Of a DNA stretch of 64,000 nt, positions 42,962 to 57,706 are shown in pieces (position 1 is the first letter of the stretch; each line of letters starts with the position of its first letter). The translations under genes were made by a program, and so were the position numbers. Source of the stretch: Octopus vulgaris (lineage: Eukaryota); contig OX597814.1 of assembly GCA_951406725.2 (NCBI GenBank), positions 134,230,001 to 134,294,000 of the forward strand, in the 5' to 3' direction. The notes beneath the pieces were generated by a model. It ran no database searches. It had not been told where the DNA came from and saw only the letters and a program-made list of their open reading frames with translations.

Positions 42962-43623
42962 AGGGAAGGTGTCAGCAAAATGTAGAGTTTGGGGAATTTG
43001 GGATGAAACAATGGCACACATTGTTGCAGAATGTCCCAAGTTGGCTCAGGGAGAATATAAAAAATGGAGGTATGGCCAAGATGTGAAAGTTTTGCACTGG
43101 AAGCTCTGTCAGAAATGGGAGTACTTGATTGAAAGAGTGCTTGAGTCGGAGAAATGCAAGATTTTATGGGATTTTTTAATTCAAACGGATAAGAAAATGG
43201 AAAATGATAAATCAGATATAACAATAATAGACAAGGAAAAGCAAAGTTGCTTACTAATTGATCTAGTATATCCATTTGATTCCATGACTGAAAAGAAAGA
43301 AAATGAAAATTTTAAAATATACAATCCCTTAAAATTTGAAATTGCAAGAATTTGGAATATGAAAACTTTAAAGGTTATACCAGTAATAATCGGTGCATTA
43401 TGGACTGTGAGTGATAGTACAGACACATGGTTGAAAGTGATTGGAATAGAATGTCCCGTAGACTTTCTACAGCAAGTTTGCCTCATCGGAACAGGAAAGA
43501 TTATCAGAAGGGTTTTAAGCACTTGAAAGAATATTTAAAGCTTGTGAATATCTAAGATTACACACAGTAAACCGCTACCCGCATAAATTCTACCGGAAAT
43601 AAAACCAAACCTGAGTCAACTCG
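42962..43623 (+). mobile_element. 5'-truncated R4/Dong-type element (zinc knuckle plus restriction-like endonuclease)
   Basis: CRVW..ETMAHIVAECPKLAQGEYK, KILWDF, KSDI..DK..CLLID, VIPVIIGA; ends in AATAATAATAAT. Confidence 0.85.
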
Positions 43624-43632
43624 AATAATAAT

Positions 43633-43832
43633 AATCCTTTCTAAAATAAGCACAAGGCTTGCTGTAGGAGGAAGGATAGGTAATCACATCGAGCTCAGTG
43701 CTCAAATGGTACTTATTTTATCGATCCCAAAAGGATGAAAATAAATGTCACACCTCATCGGTATTTGAACACAGAACGTAAATATGGATGAAATGCCGCT
43801 AAGTATTTTGTCCGACGCGTTAACGATGTCTA
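43633..43832 (-). mobile_element. SINE family A
   Basis: Diverged consensus match with (rc) tail TTGTGCTTATTTTAGAAAGGATTATT. Confidence 0.75.
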
Positions 43833-43899
43833 CCATTGTTGTTGCTGCTGTTGTTGTTAGAGAGTGACCAAATTAAACATTCAGTAAGGGATAAAAGGA

Positions 43900-46350
43900 A
43901 CGAAGTTGCAGCTACAGAGCTACAGATACTACAGAGGAAATAATTATAGACCGACCCAGGTCTGATGAAAATGTAATAGTGATTGAAAGAGCTAATGTTA
44001 CTGATAAGTAAAGTGAAATACTCTCTGAACTAACCATAAGCACTAAGGCGAATGAAAATCAAAAACATGAAGAAAGTCACACAGAACTACATGATCTAAA
44101 AAATCAAATTGTGACTGAATGCCTAAAAATTAAAGAAACCAGTATGAATGAGCGCGACACTCTCCCAAAAGCTCAAAATTCTAATCAAAACCTGAAAGCA
44201 ATTAGCGAAATCCGCCTTGCATTTAAGGAAATAATTTCAGCTAATGATGTTGATATTACAGATATCAACCACCTGCGCTATGCATCCGCGAAAATCTCAA
44301 AGATTCTCTATAGTGAAAAGATTAGAAAACGACAATATTCCCACAAAAAGCCTACTTGACAAGAGTGTATTCATCATCAAATTCAGCTATTTAGGTCTGA
44401 TATAGAATGTTTAAAAAGCTTTAAGTCTGACAAGACTATCAAACCAACAAAAGTCCGAAAATTAAAGGAAAAATATATGAAAACCATTCTTGGCATCAAC
44501 ACCGCCATAGAAACTATCAATCAAAAGCTAGGTGCTAAAGCTGCCCGCATAGTAAGGTATGAAAAGCGCGTTAGATTCTTCAAGGAAAACAACATGTTAA
44601 AAAATAACCCAAAAACTTTTTATAGGAAGATAGAGAAAATGCCAGTTACAGTAAAGTATGCCCCATCAAAAGAAGAAGTACAGGAATTTTGGCATAAAAT
44701 TTGGGCAGAAGAAAAAACACAATGAAAAGGCCCCTTGGATTGATAGAATATCTACAGACTTAGAATCCTTAGAAGAGCAAAAGTGAGAGGTTGTCAAGGT
44801 AGAGGGTGTAAGATCTGCTCTCAGGAAGTCAAGCAAATGGAAGTCTCCAATAAAGGATAAAATTCTTAACTGCTGGTTGAATGCCTTCCCAGAGAGCCAT
44901 GAACTGCTAACAAAACTTTACAACATTGCTTTGCAACAACCTAGTATGATTAACTTGGCTAGTTAATGGTGTAACATTCCTACTTACAAAAAAAAAAAGA
45001 AACAAATGACCAAAAAATTATAGACCCATAACCTGCCTAACAACAATGTATAAAATACTAACATCTGTCTTGACTGAATATATCTATAGTTTTTTTTAAT
45101 AGAAATTGGCATATTCCCTAATGAGCAAAAAGGATGTAAACGTGGGTCCTGTGATTGTAAAGATCAGCTACTCATCAATAAAATTATCTTAGAAGATTGT
45201 CACAAACAACACAAAAAAACTTGTCGATAGCCTGGATATACTATAAAAAAGCCTTTGACAGTCTACCACATAGTGGATTAAGACATGTCTGGAAATGTAT
45301 AAAATAACACCTACTCTGCGAAACTTTTTGTCTGTAAGTATGAGATCATGGAGAACTACACTGACTTTGAACAGTGACAATGAATCTCTCAATGCTGGTG
45401 ATGTAAGAATTTCATGTGGCATTTTCCAGGGTGATTCTCTGTCACCACTCCTCTTTTGTTTAGCCTTAATGCCTCTCTCAAAATTACTATAAAATGTTTC
45501 ATAAAAATATAAATCATCTCATTAACATCCAACGTTAATCTTGACCAGCAGAATGTCATAAAGGAGTTAGAACCAGCGGGGAGCTACAAATACCTAGGGG
45601 TATTTGAAGGGTACGGAATCAAAAATTCAGTGATGAGGTAAAGGGTCAGAAGAGAATGTTATTGCAGGGTAAGGGCAATACTCAAGACATCATTAACTGG
45701 TCAATTATTAAAATATATAATCATAACAGAAAAATACGAAAATTGTTGACAATGCATAGAATGCACCATCCTAAGGCAGATATAGAACGACTTTACCTGC
45801 CAAGAAAAGAGGGTGGCTATGGACTTTTACATGTAGAATTAATAATGAAGATTGCCGCAGTTGGCTTAGACACCTACCTGAAAAACTCTGATGACTGGAT
45901 GTTAAAACTTGTCTCAAAACATGAAAACAAGAAAGCATCATATTCAGTAACAAAACAGGCAAAGGAATATCTGAGTGAATTCCAAATACAACAAATTAGA
46001 CGTACTAGAAACAAGCACAGAAAACTAAGCGTACAAAAACATGTGCTAAAACTGCTGCTTTAGATATTCTTATTGATAAATAGCAAGAAAAACCTCTGGT
46101 AAATACCCAAAGAGAGATGTTGTCAAAGCCCTTACCCATCAATGGTTAGTGTCTTCTGGATTAAAATCAGAAACAGAAGGGTTTATCATAGCAGCCCAAG
46201 ATCAATGCCTACCTACAAAGAATTACCAAGCCAACATATTAAAGAACGGCAGTAGCCCAACATGTCGTGTATGTCAACAACAAAATGAAACCATTGATCA
46301 TGTTGTCTCCATGTGCAGTCTTCTTGTGCCTACAGAATATCTCGACAGGC
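43900..46350 (+). mobile_element. Degenerate R4/Dong-type element (RT to zinc knuckle, internal deletions, 3' end missing)
   Basis: [87 protein letters not shown]. Confidence 0.88.
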
Positions 46351-46499
46351 ATGCTGTGGGAACCGGGGCAGTTTTCTCTATGAAGGCCTTTTTTAGTCTA
46401 TCCACTGATATAGTATCTTTACGACCATTGAGGTCTATAGTGAAAATTTTATCCGTGCGTGAAAGAAAACGGAAAGGACCTGCATACGGTGTTTTTTTT

Positions 46500-46970
<471 letters not shown>

Positions 46971-47319
46971 AACGGAGGTTTAACAACATCGTTGCGCACA
47001 AAAACGTGAGTCCAAGAAGTAAAGCTTCCTTCAAGGCAGAGTTAGAAATGCAATTGTCAAGTAGGTAAGAGGTTTTAAACAGGAGAGATATATTCAAAAT
47101 TGGTAGAACTAAAAATTGTCGAGGATAAATTAAATTTATTATTGTTACTGAACGGTTTTGCTGCCGAGTAAAATTAAATAATAGAGAAACGGAAACAAAA
47201 CTTTGGAAACAGCAACGCCACCATAGCTTACGTGGAAACCATGAGGTTGCTTTCAAGGGAGATAATCAGAGAAAGACTTGAAAGAACGTAAGATCGTAAT
47301 ACTTCATGTAAAGTAAATA

Positions 47320-47511
47320 TGAAAAATGAATTAGAATCCTTGTCCGGCACCGGATCGATCCCAAAATCTTATCAGTTCGTGCCAGTCACGAGGTCAAACA
47401 TCCCTGAAAGTTTCATCCGAATCTATTCAGCGATTCTTGAGATATCTTGTCCACGGAGAAACAAACAGGACTGAAAAACAATACCTCCGCTTCCACTAAG
47501 ATGGAGGTAAT
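47320..47511 (+). mobile_element. Non-autonomous Helentron/DINE-like element 3' part
   Basis: AAGTTTCATCCGAATC..GATTCTTGAGATATC..AAACAAAC..AAACAATACCTCC(N14)GGAGGTAAT terminal hairpin. Confidence 0.45.
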
Positions 47512-47715
47512 AATCCTTTCTATTTTAGGCACAAGGCCCGAAATTACATCGACCTCAGTGTTCCAATGGTACTTAATTTGTCGACCCCGAAAGGATCAAA
47601 GGCAAAGTCGACTTCGGTGGAATTCTTTGCCTCGGTGGAGTTGACCATAAAAAGTCCGGAGAAAGAGCGCAAGGTACTTTTTTCTGATGTTCTAACGTGT
47701 CTGCCAGCTCGCCAA
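47512..47715 (-). mobile_element. SINE family A, diverged
   Basis: TCGACCCCGAAAGGATCAAAGGCAAAGTCGAC...CTGCCAGCTCGCC. Confidence 0.75.
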
Positions 47716-47751
47716 CAATAGATCTTATCAATAAAACAGCAGCAGCGTTGA

Positions 47752-47752
47752 C

Positions 47753-47802
<50 letters not shown>

Positions 47803-47895
47803 CAGCTGTTGATGTTGTTGTTGTTCTTCTTCTTCTTCTTCTTCTTCTTCTTCTTCTTCTTCTTCTTCTTCTTCTTCTTCTTCTTCTTCTTCTTC
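47752..47895. repeat. (TAG)n and (CTT)n microsatellites
   Basis: Directly visible. Confidence 0.95.
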
Positions 47896-48179
47896 TCCCT
47901 CTTCTCCTTGCTGTTGCTCTTGTTCTTGTCTGTTTTTCTAACTGTTTTGGTATATTGAGGCTCTTGCTGTTGCCATCAAAATTATTTTATTTCCATCATG
48001 AAAGAAAGTTTTTTTTGTAGAAAATAATTTATTATTATATTATATTATTTAATATTATATTATTTAATATTATATTATTTAATATTATATTATACTATAT
48101 TATATTATATTATTTTATATTGTATTATTTAATATTATATTATATTATATTATATTATATTGTATTATATTATATTATA

Positions 48180-48320
48180 TTAGGTTGTCCCAAAAGTTCG
48201 TAAACACTTGCGAAAATTGAATTTTTACTCGCCAAGTACTAACAAAAACAACAAAAATTATTCCTCAAAATAAAGACCATTATTTTCCAAGACTTTCTAC
48301 GAACTTTTGGGACAACCTTA
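48180..48320 (-). mobile_element. 141-bp internally deleted mariner (MITE) within (ATATT)n
   Basis: TIRs TTAGGTTGTCCCAAAAGTTCGTA / TACGAACTTTTGGGACAACCTTA with TA flanks; interior retains the transposase C-terminus KVLENNGLYFEE*. Confidence 0.85.
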
Positions 48321-48689
48321 TATTATATTATATTATATCATATCATATCATATTATATTATATACATTTTTAACAGTTAAATTCACTTGAGCGTAAATCT
48401 ACTTTAAAACTTTCTGGATGTTGAGGATGAACAAGCCAATAAACAAACGCCAGAAGAAAGCCGGATTTTACGTTTACACTGTTTCAATATACTTCTGTGT
48501 ATATGCAAGTTGAGACATGAGAAAATGTAAGCAAGTATGTATGTATGTATGTATGTATGTATGTATGTATGTATGTATGTATGCATGTATGTATGTATAT
48601 ATATATGTATGTCTTAGGTGAGTGTGAGTGTGTGTGTGTGCGGGCGTATATATATGTGTGTGTGGAGAGAAATATTTATATCTATGTAT

Positions 48690-48772
<83 letters not shown>

Positions 48773-49029
48773 CACACACACACATATATATATATCTGCA
48801 GGTAGAGGAGGTGGGAGAGGAGGTGATAGAGACAGGCAGATAGACAGGCACTCAGGCAGGAAAGCAGGCAGGCAGATAAATTGACCAAGAAAGAGTGGTG
48901 AAGGAGAGACAGGTAGAGAGGGGGAGGAGGAGGAGATTTCCTCACGTGATAGTAATAATCCACAAGAAGAAAATACTAAAGATACATGATGACTTTTACA
49001 TAACCAGATGTAAATATTTTCATCCCGAA

Positions 49030-49285
49030 GACTGTGGCCATGCAGGGGCGTCGCCTTGAAGAAACTCGTATAAATCTACCCCAGTAGTTATTCAACCGAT
49101 CTCTTTTGCCGAACTGCTAAGTTATGGGGATACACACACATAGATATATACATACACGACGGTCTTCTTACAGCTTGCACTCACAAGGCTTTGGTCGGCC
49201 CGAGATTATAGTAGAAGACACTTGCTGAAGATGCCATGCAGCGGGACTGAACCCAGAACCATGTGGCTAGGAAGCAAGCTTCTTT
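49030..49285 (-). mobile_element. SINE family B, diverged
   Basis: CACTCACAAGGCTTTGGTCGGCCCGAG..TAGTAGAAGACACTTG..GGGACTGAACCC. Confidence 0.8.
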
Positions 49286-49704
49286 GCCCCACATCCACTC
49301 AGTCAATTTGGTGCTCCGTCAAAGCGCCGAATGTTAAAACATCTCAAAGTCATAGACAGGCGAAACAACTCGCTCAAAATCTCATTCAGGAGCGATGGAC
49401 ATAGAAGTTTTGCTATATTTGTGGTTTATCAACATCATGTACCTGAAGCGAATTAGAGGCGAAATGAATCGTGAGTCCATGACTATATGCAAATAGTGTC
49501 AAAAACCATTTGCTTGTAGGTCCCAAGTCATAAAAATTATAAAGCATCGATGTCCATAGCTTTTAAATGGGATCTGGGATAAGTTTTTTCTCCTGCCTAT
49601 GACTTGGAGGTGTTTTAGCACCCAGTACTTTGAAGGAGTCATCTCTACTGTGCTAATTTGCAGCCTACCAGCGAACAAGCAAAGCACTTACATTTAACCT
49701 GTTC

Positions 49705-50140
49705 AGTTCAATGAGGATCGATTAAATAAGTTCATCCACGAGGATCCGCATCAGTCCACTAGGGGATTAACCCAGCATAGGGGCCATCACCTATACTCGG
49801 CAGGCAATCCAGCTGAAACGACCCAACCGGCGATATAGTGTGCGTCTTCAACACGACAACGCTAGTCTCTTGTTGCTAATTTTACCAAAAATTTTGCAAC
49901 TAGTTCGGCTGGGGAGTTCTACCGCACCTACCATATTCTGTTGATATAGCACCTTGAGATTATCATCTTTTATGGTCGCTCTTCAACAGTCTGCGAGGCG
50001 TTTCGTTCAACAACAACGTGGAACTGAAAACTTGACCTAATGAATTCCTCTGATCAAGACCCGGTGATTTCTACCGTCAATGCATTGACAAATAAGTAGG
50101 ACGTTGGCAAGAAGTCGTATAAGAGAATATATTGTTGACT
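49705..50140 (+). mobile_element. Internally deleted mariner transposase remnant
   Basis: EDPHQSTR, QHDNA, PYSVDIAP*DYHL, FYRQCIDK*VGRWQEVV. Confidence 0.75.
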
Positions 50141-50571
50141 GATTCGTTAAAGGCGTTAATAAAAATAAGGATTAAAATGGTTAAAAACGAACGAATTTAT
50201 CTGACAATCCAATATTTCCATGACTCTGAAATATGTCTAGAGATCTTACTGTGTTCCCAACTACATGTCCTCATTCAATTTTTAATTCATTTGGATTCGA
50301 AGTTTTCTCCCTTACTATTTTTAACAAGAAATCATTACCACTAATGATTTACGGGTTTTAACCTTAATTAAAAAGTTGATTTTGGTTCACTACATTAAAT
50401 ATGTTAAATCAAACTTAATTGCAAGTAGTTTGATAAGTAAAGTGAAGGCAAACTGAGAGAGTTGACTGTGAAATAGTATGAGCATGCGTAAGATATGAAA
50501 GAGCTCATTCATACGTGAGTGTGCAACACGTTGCGTGTATGCAGTTACGAAGGCATGTGTATTTACATATT

Positions 50572-50657
<86 letters not shown>

Positions 50658-51679
50658 CAAGGGTTAAATTTTATAATGTGAAAGTGTATTCGATATATTA
50701 AGGCTTAAATTCATGCTTGGGCGTGGTAATAAATTTATGTATGACATGGAATGAGAATATGGAATGGCTGTCAAAAGAAAATGTTATAGGCATAGTGTGT
50801 GGAAAAGAATATGCTCGAGAGAAAGGAAGAAATGAAAAAATTAATGGAGAAAGGAAGAAAAGAAACAAAGAAAAGATGAGGCACAAAAAAGGGTGAATGA
50901 AAGTATGCGTTGAGAGAAAGAGGAAAACAGAATGCAGGGGAAAAAAGAATGAATATATGAATAAATGAAAGGGAAAGAAAAGAAAAAGAAAAGAAAACCA
51001 AACTAAAAACAAAGAAGGGGAAAATAGCATGAGTATGAAGAAAGGCAGGAAGGTGAAGAAATAGAGAGAAAATGGTGGAGAAAGGCAGAAAGAACTATAA
51101 GAAGAATGGAAGGAGAAATATGTATGCATATGTATACCTACTAATCGCTTGGGCAGTTTTATTCAATTCTATGTAAAATATATGTATGGGGTTAGAGGTA
51201 TGTGTACGTATGTATTATACTCATATTCTTATATATATATATATGTGTGTGTGTGTCTATGTGATGTGCGTATACATGCATACAATCATACATAAATTTA
51301 TGTATGTGTATCGACTACTGTATATACAGTATGGGACTACGTTTTCCGATTCGTCCTTTGCTAATTTAAGACAGAAGAATATGAACTGAAGAAATATTCA
51401 CTGCTATTTCTACCAGGCTGAGCGATCGCTTAGAGCCTTCCTTCACAGGTTCGAAGTAAACTTGAACGTTGTTATGTAGTTGTCACAGAGCAACCTGATT
51501 GGGAAAAACCATAATGAAAGGCATTCCAATCGTGACAGTCCCGCCATTTCGTATATCAGGAATTCTATTTGATCAATATTATAACTTTTATTTGAGTCGA
51601 TAGAGAGTGGTTTGGGAAAGATTTGGCTGCTATGTTGAGCAAGTCGAGTGACTATGTGTTAGATAAGGGAAAACAAACA

Positions 51680-52137
51680 CGTCTTTTAATGAGCAGCACT
51701 GGCTCTCTCTCTCTCCTTCTCTCTCTCCCTCTATCTCCCTGTTTCTCCCTCTCTTTTTCTATATCTCTCCCTTCGTTTCTCTCTCTCTTTCTCTTTCTCT
51801 GTCTGTCTGTCTCTTTCTCTCTCTCTCTCTCTAGCAGAAGTTATTCAATAAATCGTCTTCTAATGAGCAGCACTGACTCTCTCTCTCTCTCCTTCTCTCT
51901 TTCTCCCTCTCTCTCTTTCTCTTTTTCCTTCTCTCTTCCTCTCTCTCCTTCTCTCTTTCTCTCTCTCCCTCTGTCTCCCCTCTTTCTCTCTTTCTCCCTC
52001 TCTCTCTTTCTCTTTCTCCCTCTCTCTTTCTCCCTCTCTCTCTTTCTCCCTCTCTCTCTTTCTATATCTCTCTCCTCGTTTCTCTCTCTCTCTCCCTCAC
52101 TCTTTCTTTCTCTCTAGAAGAAATTATTCAATAAATC
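51680..52137. repeat. Two-unit tandem duplication with CT-rich cores
   Basis: CGTCTT(T/C)TAATGAGCAGCACTG-(CT-rich)-CTCTAG(C/A)AGAA(G/A)TTATTCAATAAAT occurs twice. Confidence 0.8.
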
Positions 52138-53224
52138 AAGACGTTATCTTGTACATTATTTTATATGCCTTTATTTGTCTTTGTTGTTTGAATACAGGCC
52201 ACTCTGAGTTTTTTCTTTTTACCTCATTTTCGTTTCATTTATGCAAATTATCTAGGTTATAAATGTGTTCAACTCTTTTTCTGTATCTGGCTAAGTGTCT
52301 CGCCGCCGGAGATAAGGTAGAACAATTACTGAGCGGAAGACTGAAACGTGTCCACAACTCTACTCTTATCTCTAGATAATCAGGTCTTTTCCTTAATGGC
52401 ATGTCAATTCTGGAGAATTGCTAATTCTTAAGATTATCTCCCCTTCGTATTAGAGTTGGTACCAATTACCAACAAGCGATTAGGTCTACACATTCTGAAA
52501 GTGGAGATGATTCAAATAAACTAAGGTTGTTCTCTCTCTTTCTCTCTCTTTCTCTCTCACCCTCTCTCTGTTTGAGTTGTGTGCATGTGTGCACGCTGTA
52601 TCTACTTTTTAGTGGACATCTACTGTACTTCGTTCAGTAGGACTGAGTATTCAGGTTCAGTTATATACACTTTTCTCTGATATAAAATAATAGACATGAT
52701 ACAGTGCATTAAAATCTGTTATGGCGTTACCAAAACAGTTGTACCGTAGTAGACATTATGGATAAATTATGTCATCAATTTCATTCCACAATTAAGATTG
52801 TTTCAATAGTTCATTATGTACATTATTCTTTCAGCACATTTTCAATAATTTTACTTAGGAACAATCGTATTTAGCACTTTTTTAGAAAACGCTCACTTCT
52901 TAATGTAAAGGTAAAAATAATAAACAACTCTCAAGACCATAGAGATTTCAAGAGTATAACAAAAATTATTTTCAAAGATTTTTTTCCTAAGACTATACTT
53001 TCAGCACTATATATGCGGACTTTACACCATTTCCAGAATCAAAGGCTTCAGAAAAAATATAATTTCAAAACAAATTATGTATTTTGTAGTTCTCTGTTAA
53101 CTCCCAACAAAGTTTACAAAATAACCGTATGATTTCCACAGGTACTGCTACTTATGCAATAAGTTTAAGCATAAACAATGTTAGTGGAGATGAAATACTG
53201 TTACAAAATAAAGTTTAATAAATA

Positions 53225-53580
53225 ATGCGTAGGAGTGGCTGCGCGGTAAGTTGCTTGCTTACGAACCACATGGTGCCGACCAAAACCTTGTGAGTGGATT
53301 TGGTAGACGTAAACTGAAGGAAGCTCGTCGTACATATGCATATATATGTATGTGTGTGTATATGTTTGTGTGTCTGTATTTGCCCCCCTCCCAACATCGC
53401 TTGACAACCGATGCTGGTGTGTTTATGTCCCTGTAACTTAGCAGTTCGGCAAAAGAGACCGATAGAATAAGTATTAGACTTACAAAGAATAAGTCCTGGG
53501 GTCCATTTGCTCGACTAAAGGCGGTGCTCCAGCATGGCCACAGTCAAATGACTGAAACAAGTAAAAAGAGTAAAAAAAAG
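53225..53580 (+). mobile_element. SINE family B (short internal repeat, partial deletion)
   Basis: GCGTAGGAGTGGCTG...CCTTGTGAGTGGATTTGGTAGAC...ATGACTGAAACAAGTAAAAAGAG. Confidence 0.88.
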
Positions 53581-54854
53581 AGAGAATGCTGAGAAATATA
53601 GAAACAAGAAATTTTTAGTGAAATATATTTCTCCTCTCAATTAAGCAAAGCATTTTAGTGGTGCTATGACTTCAAAGTATGCTAAAGAATTTCGAAGAAA
53701 CTGTATTGTATTCTATTATAAGACTTCTCACATCAACTCGAATAAAGGACTGCAACGTAAGAATCAAGCAAATAACTACTAGCATTTCTTTGCCATTTAA
53801 ATTGAATAAGATTAGTTTCATTGGCTTCAACATCATAATTTTGAATTTCACAATTTTAAGTCTTCAAAATGTTATCTCTTTTCTCTTGAGATTAAAATAA
53901 AATTAGACCCATAAAACGTCACATAGTTGGCCGAATCAGTAACCTTGTTAGTCTATAGGCTGCAAAGTTTTAGTTTCAAATCATATCAGGTAATACCTTA
54001 TCTACTCAACTATTTGAATTTTATACTGTACCTATTTATTGATCAGTATTTGTTGCACGCATGTGTAGAAAATGGCTGACTGTAGAACTATGGCGTATAT
54101 GTTTTGCATCTCCTACTTCGAATAAAAAGAATTGATTCTAAATTCATTTAAAACCGGCAGCAACTTTGTTGTTCGTCTTTATGAAACTCGATAAATTAAC
54201 TACCAGTAATATACTGTGGCTGTTACAGTCGCTTATACTCCAGGACAAGTAGGAAGTCTCATTTGTTACTTGACAGTTAATTGCCATCGAATCGTTGTAA
54301 TCATTACTAACAAACGAACCTCAACTCTGTACGGAAAACTCTGTTTTAGAATTGAAATAGATCAGCTAAAAACATTATGTCTGACAGAAGGCAATTAAGG
54401 AAAATAAAATTCAATAAATAAGTGATCCGTCAGTGAGAAAAGCAACAGCTACTAAAACATCAAAGATTTATAAACGGAATGTTTATTCTTTTGACATATA
54501 TAACGTGTATTTCGTAACAAAATTGTCCAAAGAAAGACCTCTGATCATAAACTGGAGTCGAAAAGTGTGAAGTTAATAATTAAATCAGTTCTTTTAGTTA
54601 ACGTTATTAGAGAAAGAGAACCTGAAGAAAGTAAAACTTCTGTTCTTTTTTTTTTTTTTTTTTTTACTAAGCTCTCATGCTGATGTAGTGAAATATGTTG
54701 ATGTCAAGCAACTGAACCACTAAATAAATTGCATACGAAAATATCAGCTTTACATATTATCAAAAGTGATCATATTTTGAGCTGCAAACTTTAGGTCACT
54801 TGTTGTGTGATATACTTTTATATAGTAATTACATTTCTTTCTTGTATATACACA

Positions 54855-55047
54855 GGGCCTGAAGACTTGGGAGCGGGATAGTCGATTACATCGACTCCAG
54901 TTCTTCACTGGTACTTTATTTTATCAACCCTGAAAAGATGAAAAATAAAGTTGACCTCGACGGTATTTAAACTCAGACAGTAAAGAGCCGGAAGATATAT
55001 TGGTAAGCATTTTATCCAACGGTTGATGATTCTACCAGTTCGCTACC

Positions 55048-55049
<2 letters not shown>
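54855..55049 (-). mobile_element. SINE family A, diverged
   Basis: GTCGATTACATCGAC..CTGGTACTT..GACCTCGACGGTATTTAAACTCAG..CCAGTTCGCTACCTTA. Confidence 0.75.
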
Positions 55050-55101
<52 letters not shown>

Positions 55102-55110
55102 GCAATAATA

Positions 55111-55186
<76 letters not shown>

Positions 55187-55187
<1 letters not shown>

Positions 55188-56585
55188 ACAGTATCAGAAT
55201 GGAGTTCGGACTGAAAAAGTGTGGTGAGTTGATCTTGAAGAGAAGCAAAATCAAATGTATGGACAGTCTAAACGATACCGTCGGGGGAGGTTATGAAGCA
55301 GATAGAACAGACGTGCTATAAGTACTTGGGGATATTAGAAATGGATAAATTCATGGAGAAAGAAATGACAGAAAAGTTTGAGGTGAAGTGGAGTACTTGC
55401 GCAACCTGAGACTGATCCTGAAGTCGAAATTAAACGAACGGAATAAGATTGAAGCTATCAACACCTGGGTGGTTTCACTCCTTAGATATAGAGCAGGAGT
55501 AATCGCATGAACAGTGGACGAACTAAACAGCTTAGACAGAAAGACAAGGAAGTTCCTGGCTAGATATGGGATAATCCATTCAAAAAGTGACACTGACAGA
55601 CTGTATGCACCAAGAAAAAGAGGGAGAAAAGGATTGACTGGATGCGAACACAGAATTAGAGCAGAAGAAAACAATATAACATGGTATATAAAAAATGCCA
55701 CAGAACCGCTATTATTGGAAGTAAGAAGGTCAGGCTTGTGTAGGGTGAAAGAATGCAAAGATAAAGCACTGTACAAGCATTTGAGAATGAATGAAACTGA
55801 AAATAAGTCGATAAAGAAAAGAATGGCTACGGATGACTAAAAGTGATATAAAATCGCAAACGAAGGCTCTAATCTGTTCTGCCCAAGAGCAAGCATTAAG
55901 AACCAATTACATCAAATACAGAATAGACAACACAGCAGAAAGGTATACGCGCAGAATTTGTGGACAAAATGGTGGAACCGTATGGCATATTACCAGTCAA
56001 TGAACGCATTTGCCCAGAAAAAATATAAGAGACGTCATGACAATATAGCAAGGATTGTCAATTGGACACTTTGCAACAAGTATGGACTTGACAGAGCAAA
56101 AATAATTAGTAAGAAGGCATCGTCGAAAATGATAATGCAATGATCCTATGGAATTTTATGATTCAGTGCGACCATGAAATAGAGAATAGAAAACCAGACA
56201 TAGTGTTAATTGAGAAAGAAAGCAAACGATGCTGGGTCATAGATAGAGCGTGCCCAGCTGACAACAAGGTATGCGATAAGGAAGAAAGAAATGTTGAGAG
56301 ATATAACAGGTTAGCTTGGGAAGTTAAGCAGTTGTGGTCGATGAAAAAGGTGGTAGTAGTACCAATAATTGTCGGAGCCCTGGGAACAGTGAGCAAAAAT
56401 CTCTATAAGTACATGGAACAAATAGGGGCTGCAATAAGGGTGGAGCACTTGCAGAAAACAGCACTGCTTGGAACCACTCGAATACTCCGGTTGGTACTCG
56501 AAAAATAACGGGTGTTACCTTAGTTTACCGGTAGTGAACAGCTGACACTGTAGTGCATCTCCGGCGTTAGAAACTATGCACAGAC

Positions 56586-56586
<1 letters not shown>
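55187..56586 (+). mobile_element. 5'-truncated R4/Dong-type element between (AAT)n(GAT)n and (AAT)n
   Basis: EFGLKKC, YKYLGI, DRLYAPRKRG, YKRRHDNIA, ILWNF, RKPDIV..K..CWVID, VVPIIVGALG, LQKTALLGT. Confidence 0.9.
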
Positions 56587-56631
<45 letters not shown>

Positions 56632-56634
<3 letters not shown>

Positions 56635-57068
56635 GTCTACAGCAAATATTCTGCTCAATACCACAGATTTGCTTGTCAGTTGTTTGACCTTAACCAGTTG
56701 AGCATGTCCCTTAGTGGCTGACAATATGTGCATCTCTGATCACGAGCAGAAGTAGTGGGGGAGCATTATAGCCATGTGTTGAGAGGGATTATTTGGGGTT
56801 TGAATAATTCACCTCTGGAAACATGGGTGTTTCGTTCAACATCCTCAGGGACATTTTGAGCGGGATGGGTTACTCGACCAGAAGAAAACTCTAACTGGGC
56901 CCCACCTGCAAGGTCATGTGCTGTTTATTTTGATATGAGATCACCATGTTGCGCACATATGGTTGTGATGCATGTGCCTAGTGTACCCCTATCAGACGAG
57001 TAGTCATGATGGGTATACTGGCTTTGTATATTCTAGTGTCACTGTGATGGCATGCACTGCTTTCTCAC

Positions 57069-57070
<2 letters not shown>
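56632..57070 (+). mobile_element. (AAT)n-flanked non-coding element, copy 2
   Basis: Near-identical to copy 3 but about 100 bp shorter at the 5' end. Confidence 0.88.
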
Positions 57071-57143
<73 letters not shown>

Positions 57144-57706
57144 GCAGTACATGCCCTGATGCAGTACCAGGCAGTGGCTCTCATGGCTTCTGATCTTAAC
57201 TGATTGGAAGTGTTATCATGTACATTGTTTTGTCTTGGTATAAAAGATGGGCTACAGCAAATATTCTGCTCAATACCACAGATTTGCTTGTCAGTTGTTT
57301 GACCTTAACCAGTTGAGCATGTCCCTTAGTGGCTGACGATATGTGCATCGCTGATCACGAGCAGAAGTAGTGGGGGAGCATCATAGCCATGTGTTGAGAG
57401 GGATTCTTTGGGGTTTGAATAATTCACCTGTGGAAACATGGGTGGTTCTTTCAACATCCTTAAACAACCCTTATTCAGGGACCTTTTGAGCGGGATGGGC
57501 TACTCAACCTGAAGAAAATTCTAACTGGGCCCCACCTGCAAGGTCATGTGCTGTTTATCTTGTTATGAGATCACCATGTCGTGCACATATGGTTGTGATG
57601 CATATGCCTAGTGTACCTTTATCAGACGGGTAGTCATGATGGGTATATTGGGCTTCGTATATTTTACCCCAGTATCACTTTGATGGCATGCACTGCTCTC
57701 TCACTC
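57144..57706 (+). mobile_element. (AAT)n-flanked non-coding element, copy 3 (longest, about 560 bp)
   Basis: (AAT)n on both sides; 3' end CTCTCTCACTC(AAT)n. Confidence 0.88.

Noticed and set aside
50698-51129. 143-aa Phe/Leu-rich 'membrane protein' ORF
   Set aside because: Reverse translation of a purine-rich low-complexity tract.
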